A DNA stretch of 64,000 nucleotides, taken from the NCBI RefSeq assembly GCF_036588685.1, contig NC_086379.1, positions 36,642,001 to 36,706,000 on the forward strand, given 5' to 3'. The stretch's first letter is position 1; each line of letters opens with the position of its first letter. The position numbers and the translations under genes were made by a program. Origin of the DNA: Mytilus trossulus. Lineage: Eukaryota. This document shows, piece after piece, positions 38,741 to 51,400 of this stretch. The notes under the pieces were generated by a model. It saw nothing but the letters and a program-made list of their open reading frames with translations. It was not told the DNA's origin and did not search any database.

Positions 38741-39014
38741 TGAATATCAATTATGTGGTCTTAAATCTATATATTTTAATTTTCTGCTTACAAAACATTA
38801 AATTTTTTGAAAAACTAAGGATTTTCTTATCCAAGAATTAGATAACCTTAGCTGTATTCAGCACAACTTTTTGGAATTTTGGATCTTCAATGCTTTTCAA
38901 CACTTTGTACTTGTTTGGCTTTATAACTATTTTGATATGAGCGTCACTGATGAGTCTTATGAAGACGAAAAGTGCATCCGGCATACTTAATAATAATCCT
39001 GGTACCTTTGATAA
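38741..39014 (+). mobile_element. 5'-truncated retrozyme-type copy with hammerhead core at 38942-38983
   Basis: Colinear with 30109-30372; CUGAUGA(38947)-GUCUU aug AAGAC-GAAA(38967)-AGUGCA-UC-CGGCA. Confidence 0.83.
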
Positions 39015-39449
39015 GTTTTTTATAAGGAAAGATCTTCAATAACAGTGAGTGTATCAATTCTACTGTGCCCCCTAAATTTATGTTTGCCTCTTGAGACAAA
39101 ATACTTTGCAACTAAAATAAGTGTTCCTAGAAGCTCATCGACATTTATGTCTACTTATAAAATTTTCACCAAAATTGCCCTCTTGAAACCTGTAGGTGAC
39201 TGACATATTTGTTATAATGCAAACTGCAAGGAATTTAAATTGGCCAGCAAGTTATTACTCACTTTACTTGGGAGAAATGTGATAACTTTAAACAAAGGAT
39301 TTATGAACCTTGCTTGAAGTGCATATTTTTATCAAAAGCAGTTCAATACTATCAATAAGAACACAGGTCAATAACCAACAAGTACAGGAAGGTTAAATAT
39401 TGTTCCAAAGAGCCATGGTGAATGATTTTATGCAGATAATTTTAACAAA

Positions 39450-39600
39450 AAATGTTAAAAAAGTATATTCAACCATACAGAAGGTCAACTGATTTAAAAA
39501 AAAATGTTTAAGAAAGTATATTCAAACATACAGAAGGTCAACTGATTTTAAAAAAAAATGTTTAAGAAAGTATAATCAACCAAACAGAAGGTCAACTGAT
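39450..39600. repeat. Minisatellite, ~53-bp unit x3
   Basis: cagaaggtcaactgat repeated three times; single copy in paralogous block at ~36430. Confidence 0.85.
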
Positions 39601-40254
39601 ATATACAGTTTTTTTCTTAAATAGTAGTTTCAAGATTAAAATCTTCCAATTAGCAAATGTCAAAGACATTTAAAATATGCAGTTACATGTATCATATGAC
39701 ATAAACAATCTTCAACCATTTTTTTCAAGATTGTATTTAATAAAGTGTGTACAATGCACCTTTGTTTGATTTTTTTTCTAATAATCACATTAGTTTCAGG
39801 TCAGAATTTAAAGATTTATGACTTCCTTCTCTTTAGCTATTGACTACATAACTGTAATTTTTCAAAATGGCTCTTGTACCTTGACATAACACTAAGCTTA
39901 TTTAGTAACCAATCAGAATCCAGTTTTATATTGTATTGAAACTAGTAGCTTCCTTGAAAACAGAATTGAAATAAAATATACAGTTCATTCCTCAAAAAAG
40001 CAAAATGTTTGCCATTATTTTAGATTGAATCAAAATGATCATTAACCATGTTAAGGGTTTACATGTTTAACCATTTTTTTTACCATCTAATTAATTACTG
40101 CTAGGAAAAGCAACTGATTATGAAAAGCCAGGTCTGTTCAACTTCTTAGTGAATTATCTTTCCTGATTTTCACATTTACTTGATGTGTTAATGTATAACA
40201 CAGAATAAAGTATCCCTGAAAGTTGGTTTACAGTAATTAATATACCTGTCTTTG

Positions 40255-43200
40255 TACCATTAAATGATTTATGCATTTGTTTTTTTTCAATACCAGTAAT
40301 ATAATCTTGTCACAGGCAGGTTCTATCTTCTTATCAGTGTCATAAGGTACAACAACAATCTAAATTGTTCCTTTTGTTTCCTGTTGAAGAACAATTTGTT
40401 TTTGTAAAATTGAAAAAAAAAGAGATTTAAAAGTTTATCAGATTTCTTTTTTTATTCTTTTTTTTTTAAACCATATTTGGTTACATATTTATATAGGCTC
40501 AAATTTCAAAGTTGGTTCAGAGATTCACATACTTTTTGCATACCTATATAGAAAAAAACACCAACACCAAACAGTTCAGAAACAGACTTTATTTTTTTCT
40601 CCAGAAGTAAAAGACTGAGGTTGTCACATCTATCAACAGCATAGTCAGTATGTATGTTGGAGGAAACACGTGAAAGGACTAGCAAATGAAAGATACAGAC
40701 CATACCTAATATATTACAACTTAAAACTTAACAGGAGGAAACATTTTTTGTAAATTGGTCCAAACTTTTACCGAACTTAAACAGAATAAAGGAATTCAAT
40801 GAAAATTAAATTTCACAACAAAAAATTTATGGTATCATTATTATAAAAAAAATTGCATAATAATATCTGTCTTAATTTGCTTTGCAAAAGACTTGTTGAT
40901 AATTTTTAAAGTTAGTACTGTTGTTGCTAAATTATATTTCATCTTAATTTGTATTAATTCATCTTTGTAAAGTGATCTACAACTTATGTTTTATCTATTT
41001 TCTTTTCTGCTATGAAATTCTGTGATAAAACAAATTAAATCTGCCACTGCACAAGATTGCATTTTAATGGAAATTCATGCTACATGAAATCAATTTGGAA
41101 GTGCATCAGCTAATATTCTGACTGTCAGTCTTTGCTACAGTATAGATTTTTCTTATATACTTTTACTCATTATTTTTTTTTATTGTACCAGGGTAATACA
41201 ATTGTACTGACATTATTTTGACACAGGCTTTTCAATACTTAAATTATTTTTGTGCAATAATATTTCCTTTAATTATGTATTTTGTTATTCCAATGCACAA
41301 TTAAAAATGGGGAGAATTAAGTGATGAAAAAATCTAGTATTGGTAAGGTTGACTATGCTACTACTACACCCATTTCATTTGAACTTTGGTGGATAGTTGT
41401 CTCATTGCCTCATTTTTTATTTTTTTTTATTTAATGTGTTGTTGTGTTTCATCCTCCTTATCGGAAGATACCCAGAACTTGTTGATAAATATTCCGTATC
41501 AACTTCACAAATAATACAAGATGGTCTTGAAGGATAGATTTTGCGTACTGACGTTTGTTATCATCTTAATTACGTATTATAGAATTCTTTTATATAAGTC
41601 TTTTTTAGATAATCATTTGAAGTGACTCAGTGGTTATGTAAAACCACATACTTTGAACGGCAAAATTATTTCATTGATTGATATTACTTTTACTTAAGGA
41701 TCTTGAATACTATGAATGACAAAACTATTTTATTCAATAATACTACTTTTTCTGTTTAGTCTGTTTTTCATGATATACATTTGACGTGAAACTGTACTTA
41801 TGTATCCCGTCATACTTTGAACCAAACCATTATTTTATTTATTATTATTACTTTTACTGTTAAGTCTGGTTTTTGGTATATCTACTTTACGTGAGTCTGT
41901 ATTTATGTATGCCGACATACGACAAAATTATTTTTTATGTCTACCTGTGCGAATTTCAAACGCGCTATTTTACACCAGTAATGAAAACCTTCTATCATTT
42001 ATGGGTAGACTTTACATACTAGATAAATGCAGCCGTATTTGACGTGAAACTGTTCTTATGTATCCCGTCATACTTTGAACCACACCATTATTTTATTTAT
42101 TATTATTACTTTTACTGTTAAGTCTGTTTTTGTTATATCAACTTTACGTAAGTCTTCATTTATGTATGCCGTCATACGACAAAATTATTTTTATGTCTAC
42201 CTGTGCGAATTTCAAACGCGCATTTTAAACCAGTAATGAAACCTTCTATCATTATGGGTAGACTTTACATAGATAAATTCAGCCGTATAAGAAAAGCAAA
42301 ATGAGAATGTTAAATTAATGTATGCCTTTTTGTGCTTCTTTGTTACATTTGTTGTTTATGTAGAGATATTAAGATGATAACACAATATTGACTGTTGTAC
42401 CCCTATTTTGACATTTTTACTCTTTGAGTATGTTTGTTTTGTTCATGCATCGTTGACAATTTAATGGAATTTGATGCGACTGTCATATAAGTGAGAGGTT
42501 TAGCTAGCTATAAAACCAGGTTCAATCCACCATTTTCTACATTAGAAAATGCCTGTACCAAGTCAGGAATATGACAGTTGTTACCCATTCGTTTGATGTG
42601 TTTGGACTTTTGATTTTGCCTTTTGATTTTTGATTTTCCTTTTTGAATTTTCCTCGGAGTTCGGTATTTTTGTGTTTTTACTTCTTATTGTATACATACT
42701 GCACATCTACTTATTGTCATTTTTTGTGTAAAAAATAAGATGAAAAATACCACAGGAAAGAAAAAAAAAGGAAACACTTGAGAAAAATTCTACTTAACCA
42801 ATCAATTAAAACAAATCAGGATTAATCTTGATTTTTGTTTGTTAAACAACAAATAAGTCATTTACATTATATTTAAATATAGATTTTAAATAATTAAACA
42901 TGTCTGTTCTGCAGTTATCTTAAAAAAATACAATGGGTTTTTGTTAAAAAAATAATTTATAGTTCCATGAACCGGACCATATCTAATGCAATAGAATAAC
43001 ACTTGATCCTTTTTCAAACAAAAAAAAATCAAGATATATTTGTAAATAATACAATCCTTGTAACAGCAGGTTCCTGTCTGTACCAAAACCATGTATATCA
43101 ATTTGTTCAGGGGGACATAAAATAAGGGAAAAAACAATTGTTAGAGTCTTGTGTGTGGTCTTTTTCTGAGAATTATTTCAGTTTTATTTCTAATCTTATT

Positions 43201-46150
43201 AATTCCATAGAGACCAATCATTTACATATATGAAGAATCAGTAAACGAAAAATGTCAACCTCAAATTATCTATCAACTCTTTATTTGTCACCTCCTAGAG
43301 AAGAAATACGTAATATTTCATATTTTTTAATCTATTCCCATTCTTTTTTGTAAAACTATGTCATTTAAATATATACATATAACAAATTTGACTTGCTTTA
43401 GTGAAATTCAAGGCCAACTAGATCCACAAAAAAATGCACCTGCCTGCAGCCTAATTGCACAATAAAATCATTATACATTTTCTTGGAATTCATGTGACAG
43501 ATTAGGTGCTCCAGGAACATTGAATTACAACACTTCAAGTGCTTTGATGGGTTTATAATGTGGCTCCATATAGGAGAAAACTCAGAAGTTTATTATATTT
43601 GTTGAAGCATGGTTTGTGTTTATAGAAGGCTAACTCCAGGTTCTCTGACACTTAGGAATTTTTTTCAAATTTCAAAATTTTCAAAAAGGATTTTGACACT
43701 GAATGGGTCAGAGAACTGAATAATTTTAAATTGGGCTTATATATATAATGGTACATTATCTAAAATCTAAATACACTATTTAAATTCAGCCTATCCGAGT
43801 ATACCAATTATGAATTAAGTTTTTCTCCTCCACAAAAAAATATTAAATATAATTTTTGACTCTTTAGTTTTCAATGTAGTCCAATTTGATAACGATATCA
43901 AAATCCAAATTCTAATTACACAGTTAGATTGAGCATATTAAAGAAACCCAAGAAATTGGTCAAGAAATAGGCAATTGATATAAAAAATTAGAAAATTATT
44001 TTTTTGGCCTACTTTCTTTATATGGTTATGTGTCGCGATCATAATATCTAAAATTACATCTGAACCATCTTTTTTTTAGTATGGATCCTTGGGGTACAAT
44101 TTCTGAGAGATACACCTATCTTTTGCCTCTTATTTGTAAACTGGCCGAGTTAGGACAATAATTACAACACAAATAATTTTGTGGTCATTTAAAAAGGATC
44201 TTTCATGAATCAAAGTCCTTCACTTTCATTTGGTACTAAAAGTTACATCTATCTATTGAAAATATTTTATCTTTAAAAATATGTATTTTTTGTTCATTTG
44301 TAATTGGTATGTTCTTTCTTACCTTGCCAAAATTAATGGTTCTACAACTGAAAGGATAAAATAACCATAGTTGCTTAAGTATGAAATGTTTGTGATTTGC
44401 AGTTCCAGGAACCAGTATATCTAATATACAGATAATATGCATGGCTGTTTTGATGTAATGGTACTTCTAATGATTTATGCATTTGTTTTTTTCTTTTCAA
44501 ATATTGGTAATATAATCTTGTCACAGATAAGTTCTATCTTTTTATCTGTGTCATAAAGTACAACAAGAGTCTAATTTGTTCCTTTTGTATCATGGAGAAC
44601 AATTTGTTTTTGTATAATTGAAAGAAAAAAAATGATTTAAAGCTTAGATTTCATTTTTTGTGGTGTGAGTGCCAATGAGACAACGCTCCATCCAAATAAC
44701 AATTAAAAAAAAAGTAAATGTTTATATAGGCTCAAATTTCAAAGTTGGTTCAGAGAATCACTTACTTTTTGCATATCTATATAGAAAAAAAATCACTAAC
44801 ATTTTTTGCAAATACCCAGAGCAAGACTATACCTTCACTCTAAAAGTAAAAGACTAAAGGGTCCCATATCAGAGAAGGCAACAACCTGACAACAAAATTA
44901 AACAGTTTAATGCTGAGAAATAAATGCAAAAGTTTGTAAAGGATTGTGCACTAACTCTGATTGCTGCTGTCTGTGAAATTGTAATCTAATTGACAAATAA
45001 AAAACCCAAAGTAAAACAACTCACACAAGAAAACTAACTTAGATTCTTGGATTCTTAATTTCTTATAAAACCAAGTTAATCGTAAAAAGAAAAATATTTT
45101 TAAATATAATAACATAGATATTGTGCATGACAAGTTTGCACAAAACGAGCAACAAGAATGGGAGATTGATGATCAACCTTGAGAACATATATATTGATAA
45201 CAGCCTGACTGTGGACTTCTATAAGTTATGTCTTTCTTTATTTTTTGTGTTGTTCTCATCAGTGTATACTTCTCATTCATTGTTCCCCCTAACTTTTATA
45301 TAAAAATTTAAAAAAAAACACAGAAATACTACAGGAACAAAAATCAAGGATACACTTAGAGAAAAATCATACTTAACCCTTATATTAAAACAAATAAGGA
45401 TAAATCGTTGTTCAGTTTTTAAACCAATCAATTAATTATTTAAATTACCGGTATATCTAAATATAGATTTTAAATAATCAAACATGTTTATTCAGCAAGT
45501 ATCCCAAATAATACAATGGGTTTTTGTTAAAAAATAATTCATGGTTCCATGAATCTGACCATATCTAATGCAATAGAATAACACTTGATCTTTTTTCCAA
45601 CCAAAAACCTCCATAGATATTTGTAAATAATACAATCTTTGTAACAACAGGTTCCTATCTGTACCTAAACCAAATATATCAATTAGTAAAGGGGGATATA
45701 TAATAAGGAAAAAGAACAATAGTAAGAGTCTTGTGTGTGGTCTTTTTCTGAGAATTATGTTAGCTTTATTTCCAAATTCTAATCCTTGTGATTCCATAGC
45801 GACCAAATCAACATATGTGTAAATGAAATATAAAATGTCAAAACATAACTTAATTATTTATCCCTAATGCTTAGAAAAGAAAGATCATGTTAACTTTAAT
45901 ATATTCATTTTTGTTGTATAAATCTATGCCATCTTAATATAAAAATAAAAACAAAATTTGACCTGCTTTTGGTGAAATTCAAGGCCAACTACTAAATACA
46001 ACACAAATGACCTTGCCTGCATCCTTATTGTACATTACACCTTTCTTGGAATTCATATGACAGATAAGGTGCTCCAGGGATATTTGCTTTCAACGCTGAA
46101 TGTATGTGCATGGGTTTATTTTTTGGGAAAACTGAAAAATTCATTATGTA
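40255..46150. repeat. Second local segmental duplication: copy C ~40255-43620, copy D ~44460-46150
   Basis: Colinear blocks 40263~44469, 40490~44723, 42745~45325, 42930~45512, 43400~45972. Confidence 0.88.
41457..42685 (+). mobile_element. 3' end of a PLE-like element: last RT codons, AT-rich UTR with a 258-bp tandem duplication, and SINE-like tail
   Basis: 41457-41537 translates LIGRYPELVDKYSVSTSQIIQDGLEG*, parallel to FYGRQHELVGRYGIIVLQMISDMF near 13870; gacgtgaaactgt...gcagccgtat repeated at 41783 and 42041. Confidence 0.65.
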
Positions 46151-46957
46151 TTTGTTTAAAATTAAAATAAAAAGATGTGCTAATGACAATGAATGAGAAA
46201 TCAGTCAACAAGAGACCATATGTCACAGAATTTAACAAGTATAGGTCAATGTATGTCCATGCTGCATTGACAACTATGAAAGGCCAGAAATGACAAATAT
46301 GAAACTATATTCAAATGAGAAAACTAAACAACTAACAGCCTGATATATGTACAAAATAATGAAAGAAAGTTAGGCTTAATATAAGATATGCAAACCACTA
46401 ATTTATGTCCCCATTTGCTTTCAATGATAAATTCCTCAATTCAAGCAGTTTTTTTTAATCTTTTTAAAAGAACAAATCATTTCTTATCTAATCATTTATA
46501 CCTAAATGATAGCAAACAGGTTCCTGGACCTTTGGAAGTACCAGTTCTGGGAAACAGGTAAATATTTGTTGAAACAGAGATATATGTATAATCTCCATGA
46601 AAGTTAGATGAACCAATGCTAGTTCGTTAGTAATTGACTTACCAATAATAGTTCCCCTTTAAACTGACCTGATCAAAAACTAAAACAAATAAACTAAGCA
46701 AAAGATTCAAAGTCAATAGACCATTATTGAGCGAGTAGGGCCAATGAGATGTGTCAATGCTAAAATGAATGCATACCAAATATTTTTGACATCTGACTAG
46801 TAGTTCTCCCTAAACAGACCTAATCACAAACTGTAATATACATATAATAAAGCCAACACCACACTGCGGAAACAGCATGTCATGTAAGCCTTTTTTCAAC
46901 TTATTCTAGGATAGACAAAATGACTTCAAATTTAAATCTTGTTCAAAATAATCTGTC

Positions 46958-47260
46958 AACAAGAATGTGTCCACACTCTCATTCCCACTATCATTTTCTA
47001 TGTTTAGTGGACCGTTAATAAGGAATAAATTTTCTAATTTGGCATTTAAATTAGAATAATCATATCAAAGGGAATATGTATACTAAATTTTAATTTGATT
47101 GGACTTCAACTTCATCAAAAACTACCTTGACAAAAAACTTTAACCTGAAGCGGGACAGACGGACAGATGAACAAACAGACAGATGAATGGACGGAGGAAC
47201 AAACGGATGCAGACCAGAAAACATAATGCCACTCTATTATCGTAGGTGGGGCATAAAAAA
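46958..47260 (+). mobile_element. Short pearl/HINE-like element
   Basis: Starts AACAAGAATGTGTCC; GACA/GACG microsatellite ~47152-47212; ends ATGCC...GGCAT hairpin plus A-run. Confidence 0.8.
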
Positions 47261-47399
47261 ACTGAAAGAATCATCCTATATTGTGATCCATATCTTTAAT
47301 TTTCATTTGATTTGAGATAACAACTATATTTTGCATATTTGGAAAGCTTTTGTTTTAAAATGGCAAATATGCAGATTTGTGATATATATTTTATGATTT

Positions 47400-48468
47400 T
47401 AAAAATTTGTAAGGGTTCCGCGGAACCCAGTGTCTCGCCTACTTTTGCTGTAAATCGCAGGCTCAACAGAAGTGAGGAAAAAAATCAATAAAAATATTCC
47501 TCTTGATACTATCTTATGATTGTAAGAAGCTTCTGTCCAAGTTTGGTAAAAATCTAGGATAGTTAATGAATCTAATAAATGTTTTGAAAACTTGAACTGC
47601 AGACTGTATGTAATGTAAACTGGCAGAAAATCTAAGTCCATTTAAAAGTAAAATACAGAAAAATGGAGTTATCTTTTTACAACATTTACTTCTGGATACT
47701 ATCTTATGATCATAAATAAGCTTCTGTCCAAGTTTGGTACAAACCCAGGATAGTTTAAGAAAGATGTTAAAATTTTAAAAACTTTAACCACAGAGTGAAT
47801 GTAATGTTTCCCCGCAGAAAAACTAAGTCCATTTAAAAGTAAAATACGGAAAAAATGCCTTTAAATGGATTTTTTTTTTAAAAATTTACTTCTGGATACT
47901 ATCTATCTTATGATCATAAACAAGCTTCTTTCCAAGCTAGGTACAAACCCAGGATAGTTTAAGAAAGTTATTAAAATTCTAAAAACTTTAACCACAGAGT
48001 GAATGTTATGTTTCCCCGCAGAAAAACTAAGTCCATTTAAAAGTAAAATACGGAAAAAATGGAATATCAATTTCACAAAATTTACTTCTTGATACTATCT
48101 TATAATTATAAACAAGCTTCTGTCCAAGTTTGGTACAAACCCAGGATAGTTTAAGAAAGTTATTAAAATTCTAAAAACTTTAACCACAGAGTGAATGTTA
48201 TGTTTCCCCGCAGAAAAAAACTAAGTCCATTTATAAGTAAAATACGGAAAAAATGGAATTTTATTTTTACAAAATTTACTTCTGGATACTATCTAATGAT
48301 CATAAACAAGCTTCTGTCCAAGTTTGGTAGAAATCCAGTATAGTTTAAGAAAGTTATTAAAATTTCAAAAACTTTAACCACAGGGTGAATATTTGTGGAC
48401 GCCGCTGACGACGGAATGTAGGATCGCTTAGTCTCGCTTTTTCGACTAAAGTCGAAGGCTCGACAAAA
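47400..48468 (+). mobile_element. Helentron/HINE-type element with ~5 x ~192-bp tandem repeat
   Basis: 5' palindrome GGGTTCCGCGGAACCC; anchor aagcttct(g/t)tccaag at 47527, 47718, 47922, 48114, 48308; GACGCC/GAC tract; 3' stem-loop TTCGAC-TAAA-GTCGAA. Confidence 0.85.
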
Positions 48469-51400
48469 ATACAGTGCATGCAAGATGCACATTAATAATT
48501 AAAATATGTCATTGTCTTCTGGATTGGAAAACCTTAACAGCTAAGTTAATTTTCAGATATTCTAGAAGTCATTTTATAAAAATCAACAGCATTATGCAGT
48601 TTTTAAAATCTTAGACAACTTTCACTTTTAGAAAATGTTTATTTTTTTTGGTGGTCCAAATCTAATTACAGGTACAACCTTCTTTTCAATTTATCATTAG
48701 AAAGACTTTTTAAAATTACATCCATTTGTTTTGATTTGTGAAATTTAACATGTCAGTAATAGATCATGCCCTGCTTTTAACTTTCATTTGCGCATATGTG
48801 TCAAAATAATAATATTCCTAAAGAAATAGCACCACACACCCAAGGTAATTTAAACTTTGACTATAAAAAAGTGAAGAAGATAAATATCTTTTATAATACT
48901 GGGGAAATAAGAAAGTTACTGGCAAAGTATAAGCATAGCTGTAATATGGTATAAGCATGTACTGACTATTAACACTAGCAGATCAAAAGCAGGAATAAAT
49001 TGTTCAACAAATAAAATGAAAACATAGTGGGATGATGTTCATATCATATAGTACACATAACTAGATTCCCTGGTTGGCTTTAAACCCTTTTTCTAAGAAT
49101 AACTTTTGATCTCAGTTCTTTTGGTTCCCTAGGTTGAAATCTTTTTTCTATATTGTAATGTTACCCTTCTATTTCAGGTTGGGGTGAAGGTTGGCACCTT
49201 TAAAATAGTTAAAACCGGCTGCATTTGTTTGCACTTATCTGTCCTAAAACAGGAACCTGATGCTCAGTTGTTGTCTTTTGTTGATGTGGTTCATAAGTAT
49301 GTTTCTCATGTTTGAATTTAGATTATTAGACTGCTGGTTTTCCATTTTGAATTATATTACAATAGCCAAGGCTCTGTTTTGAAGGCCATATTTCGATCTA
49401 TAATTGTTTACTTTTTTACTCATTGCAACTTGGATGGAGAGTAATGTCTCAATGGCACTCAAACAAAATATTCTGATATCTAATTACTTATGTTTGAAAT
49501 TAGTTCAAGTATCTGTTTATTCTCATTAAAACAACACTTTTAATTCCATCTAAATATAACTATAAGGAGTAGAAGTATCGACTGGACCTTGTTTGATAGA
49601 AAAGCAGGGTTTTATTCTAATGGCATCAAAGTGTTAATAATGTATTCTGTCTGAACATTCTCTAATTGAAACAAATAATAAGTCAATAAAACATTTTTGT
49701 TTGAAAAGGTTTCACTGTTTATAAATAACTCTCTCAAGGCATTTTTTTGGAGGATAAAACAAAAGCTTTTCACTTATTTTATTTCACTTTTTGTTATGAG
49801 GTCACATGCACCCTTATTACTCAATACATGATTTATATAAAATATCTGGCATGATTTAAAATGAGGTAAATATAATTCACAAGAGACAAATTACATAAAT
49901 GTTAGCAACTGCAGGTCACCACTTTGGCCTTCAACAATGAGCAAAACACAAACCGCATAGAAAGCTACTATGAAAAGGCCCTGACCTATCTACAAAATTC
50001 TTGATAAAATAATTAAATCAAGTGACATGCATAAAGAAACTGTCTCATTAGTAAAACTTAAATGCTTTAAACTCCACCTCTGACAGACATAAAATTGTTC
50101 TTTTTAATATAAAGTTAATTTTTAATATCAGGAGAGAAAAACCTTTGTTAGAACAACCTTAACTTGCAATAAAATGATTTAAACAATTTTCTAGTTCATC
50201 AGCTTTCTCACCTAATTGTAAATTCATGTACAATATTGCATTGAACAGAATTAATCAGGCATTCAATTTTGATGTTTTAAATGCATTCCTTATTCAAACT
50301 GTTCAACTTTCCAGAATGATAAGAGATTGAGTTTCAGGTAACATAACCAACATTTTAATTTGACCTACAGACATACTTAGATATGATCTAATATAATTAT
50401 ATAAGATCTATTTTTAGCAATTGGCATACATACTGCATGACTACCAGTATTTACTTTGCAAATATTTGGTTGACTCTTTATAATTTCAATTGGTATGTGC
50501 AAATACTTGAAAAATACAGATTATATTGGGACAACAATTTCATGATGAAATACTTTGATATACATATACAAAAGCTTTGAAGCAATCAAAACATTCACAT
50601 TTGAAAGAAACATAAGACCTTGTTTACACTGGTAAAAAAGATCGACCTTTCCTGAGATCAATCTCAAAAAGACCAATCTTCTATTGGACTTTAAAATTCC
50701 ACCTCCGAAGGTGGTTTTAAAACGATCCATCTTGTTTGAATTAATCTTTTTTCAGGTGTTATTTTTGGGAGGTTTGGCATGCCACAATTTAACCAGGTTC
50801 AAACCACCATTTTTTCTTCTTCTTAAAATGTCCTGTTCCAAGTCAGGAAAATGGCCATTGTTATATTATTGTTTCGTTTCTGTGTGTGTTACATTTTAAT
50901 GTTGTGTTTCTGCAGTGTTGTAGTTCTCTCATATTTGATGCGTTTCCCTCAGTTTAAGTTTATAACCTAGATTTGTCTCTTTCTCAATCCATTTATGAAT
51001 TTGAACAGCAGTATAACTACTGTTGCCTTTTTTCATGCCAAAACAAGAAATCATATTTCAGCATTTATTGTAATTGCATTTTCATTCAAGAGACCCAGGA
51101 TTTCAGATGTAGTTAATCTTTAACCTTGTTGAAAAACTCTTGCATTAATCGAAGGGCTGAAATCTAACTTTGAATGATTGTTGTATTTCTATATCTTTCA
51201 TTAACTGGTTTAATGCAACTTATTAGTTCAAATGCACTGTGTTTGTCTGAAATTTTCCTACTCAACTATGCAAGGGACTTGAATGCACTCAATGTGAAGC
51301 AAGTTTATAATCGTGATTAAGTGATTATATACAGTTAAAGTATATTAGCTACTAATTACTATTTCCTCTATACATTTGGGATATTCCTCTTGTATACATT

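Larger units (their letters stand above)
34850..39630. repeat. Local tandem segmental duplication: copy A ~34850-36480, copy B ~36790-39630
   Basis: Colinear blocks 34850~36793, 35360~37885, 35923~39102, 36418~39577; B enlarged by insertions. Confidence 0.9.

Noticed and set aside
42886-45806. Two minus-strand ORFs sharing KKDQVLFYCIRYG..HGT.NYF, suggesting a small duplicated gene
   Set aside because: They are paralogous parts of duplication C/D; frames shift between copies and there are no convincing splice signals or known homology
46519-46552. PRTGTSKGPGT on the minus strand as a possible upstream CLEC16A exon (PPTGTP motif)
   Set aside because: Flanking residues and splice context do not fit; likewise PCG at ~53047
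47399-48492. ORFs 47399-47641 and 48289-48492
   Set aside because: Products of the ~192-bp tandem repeat
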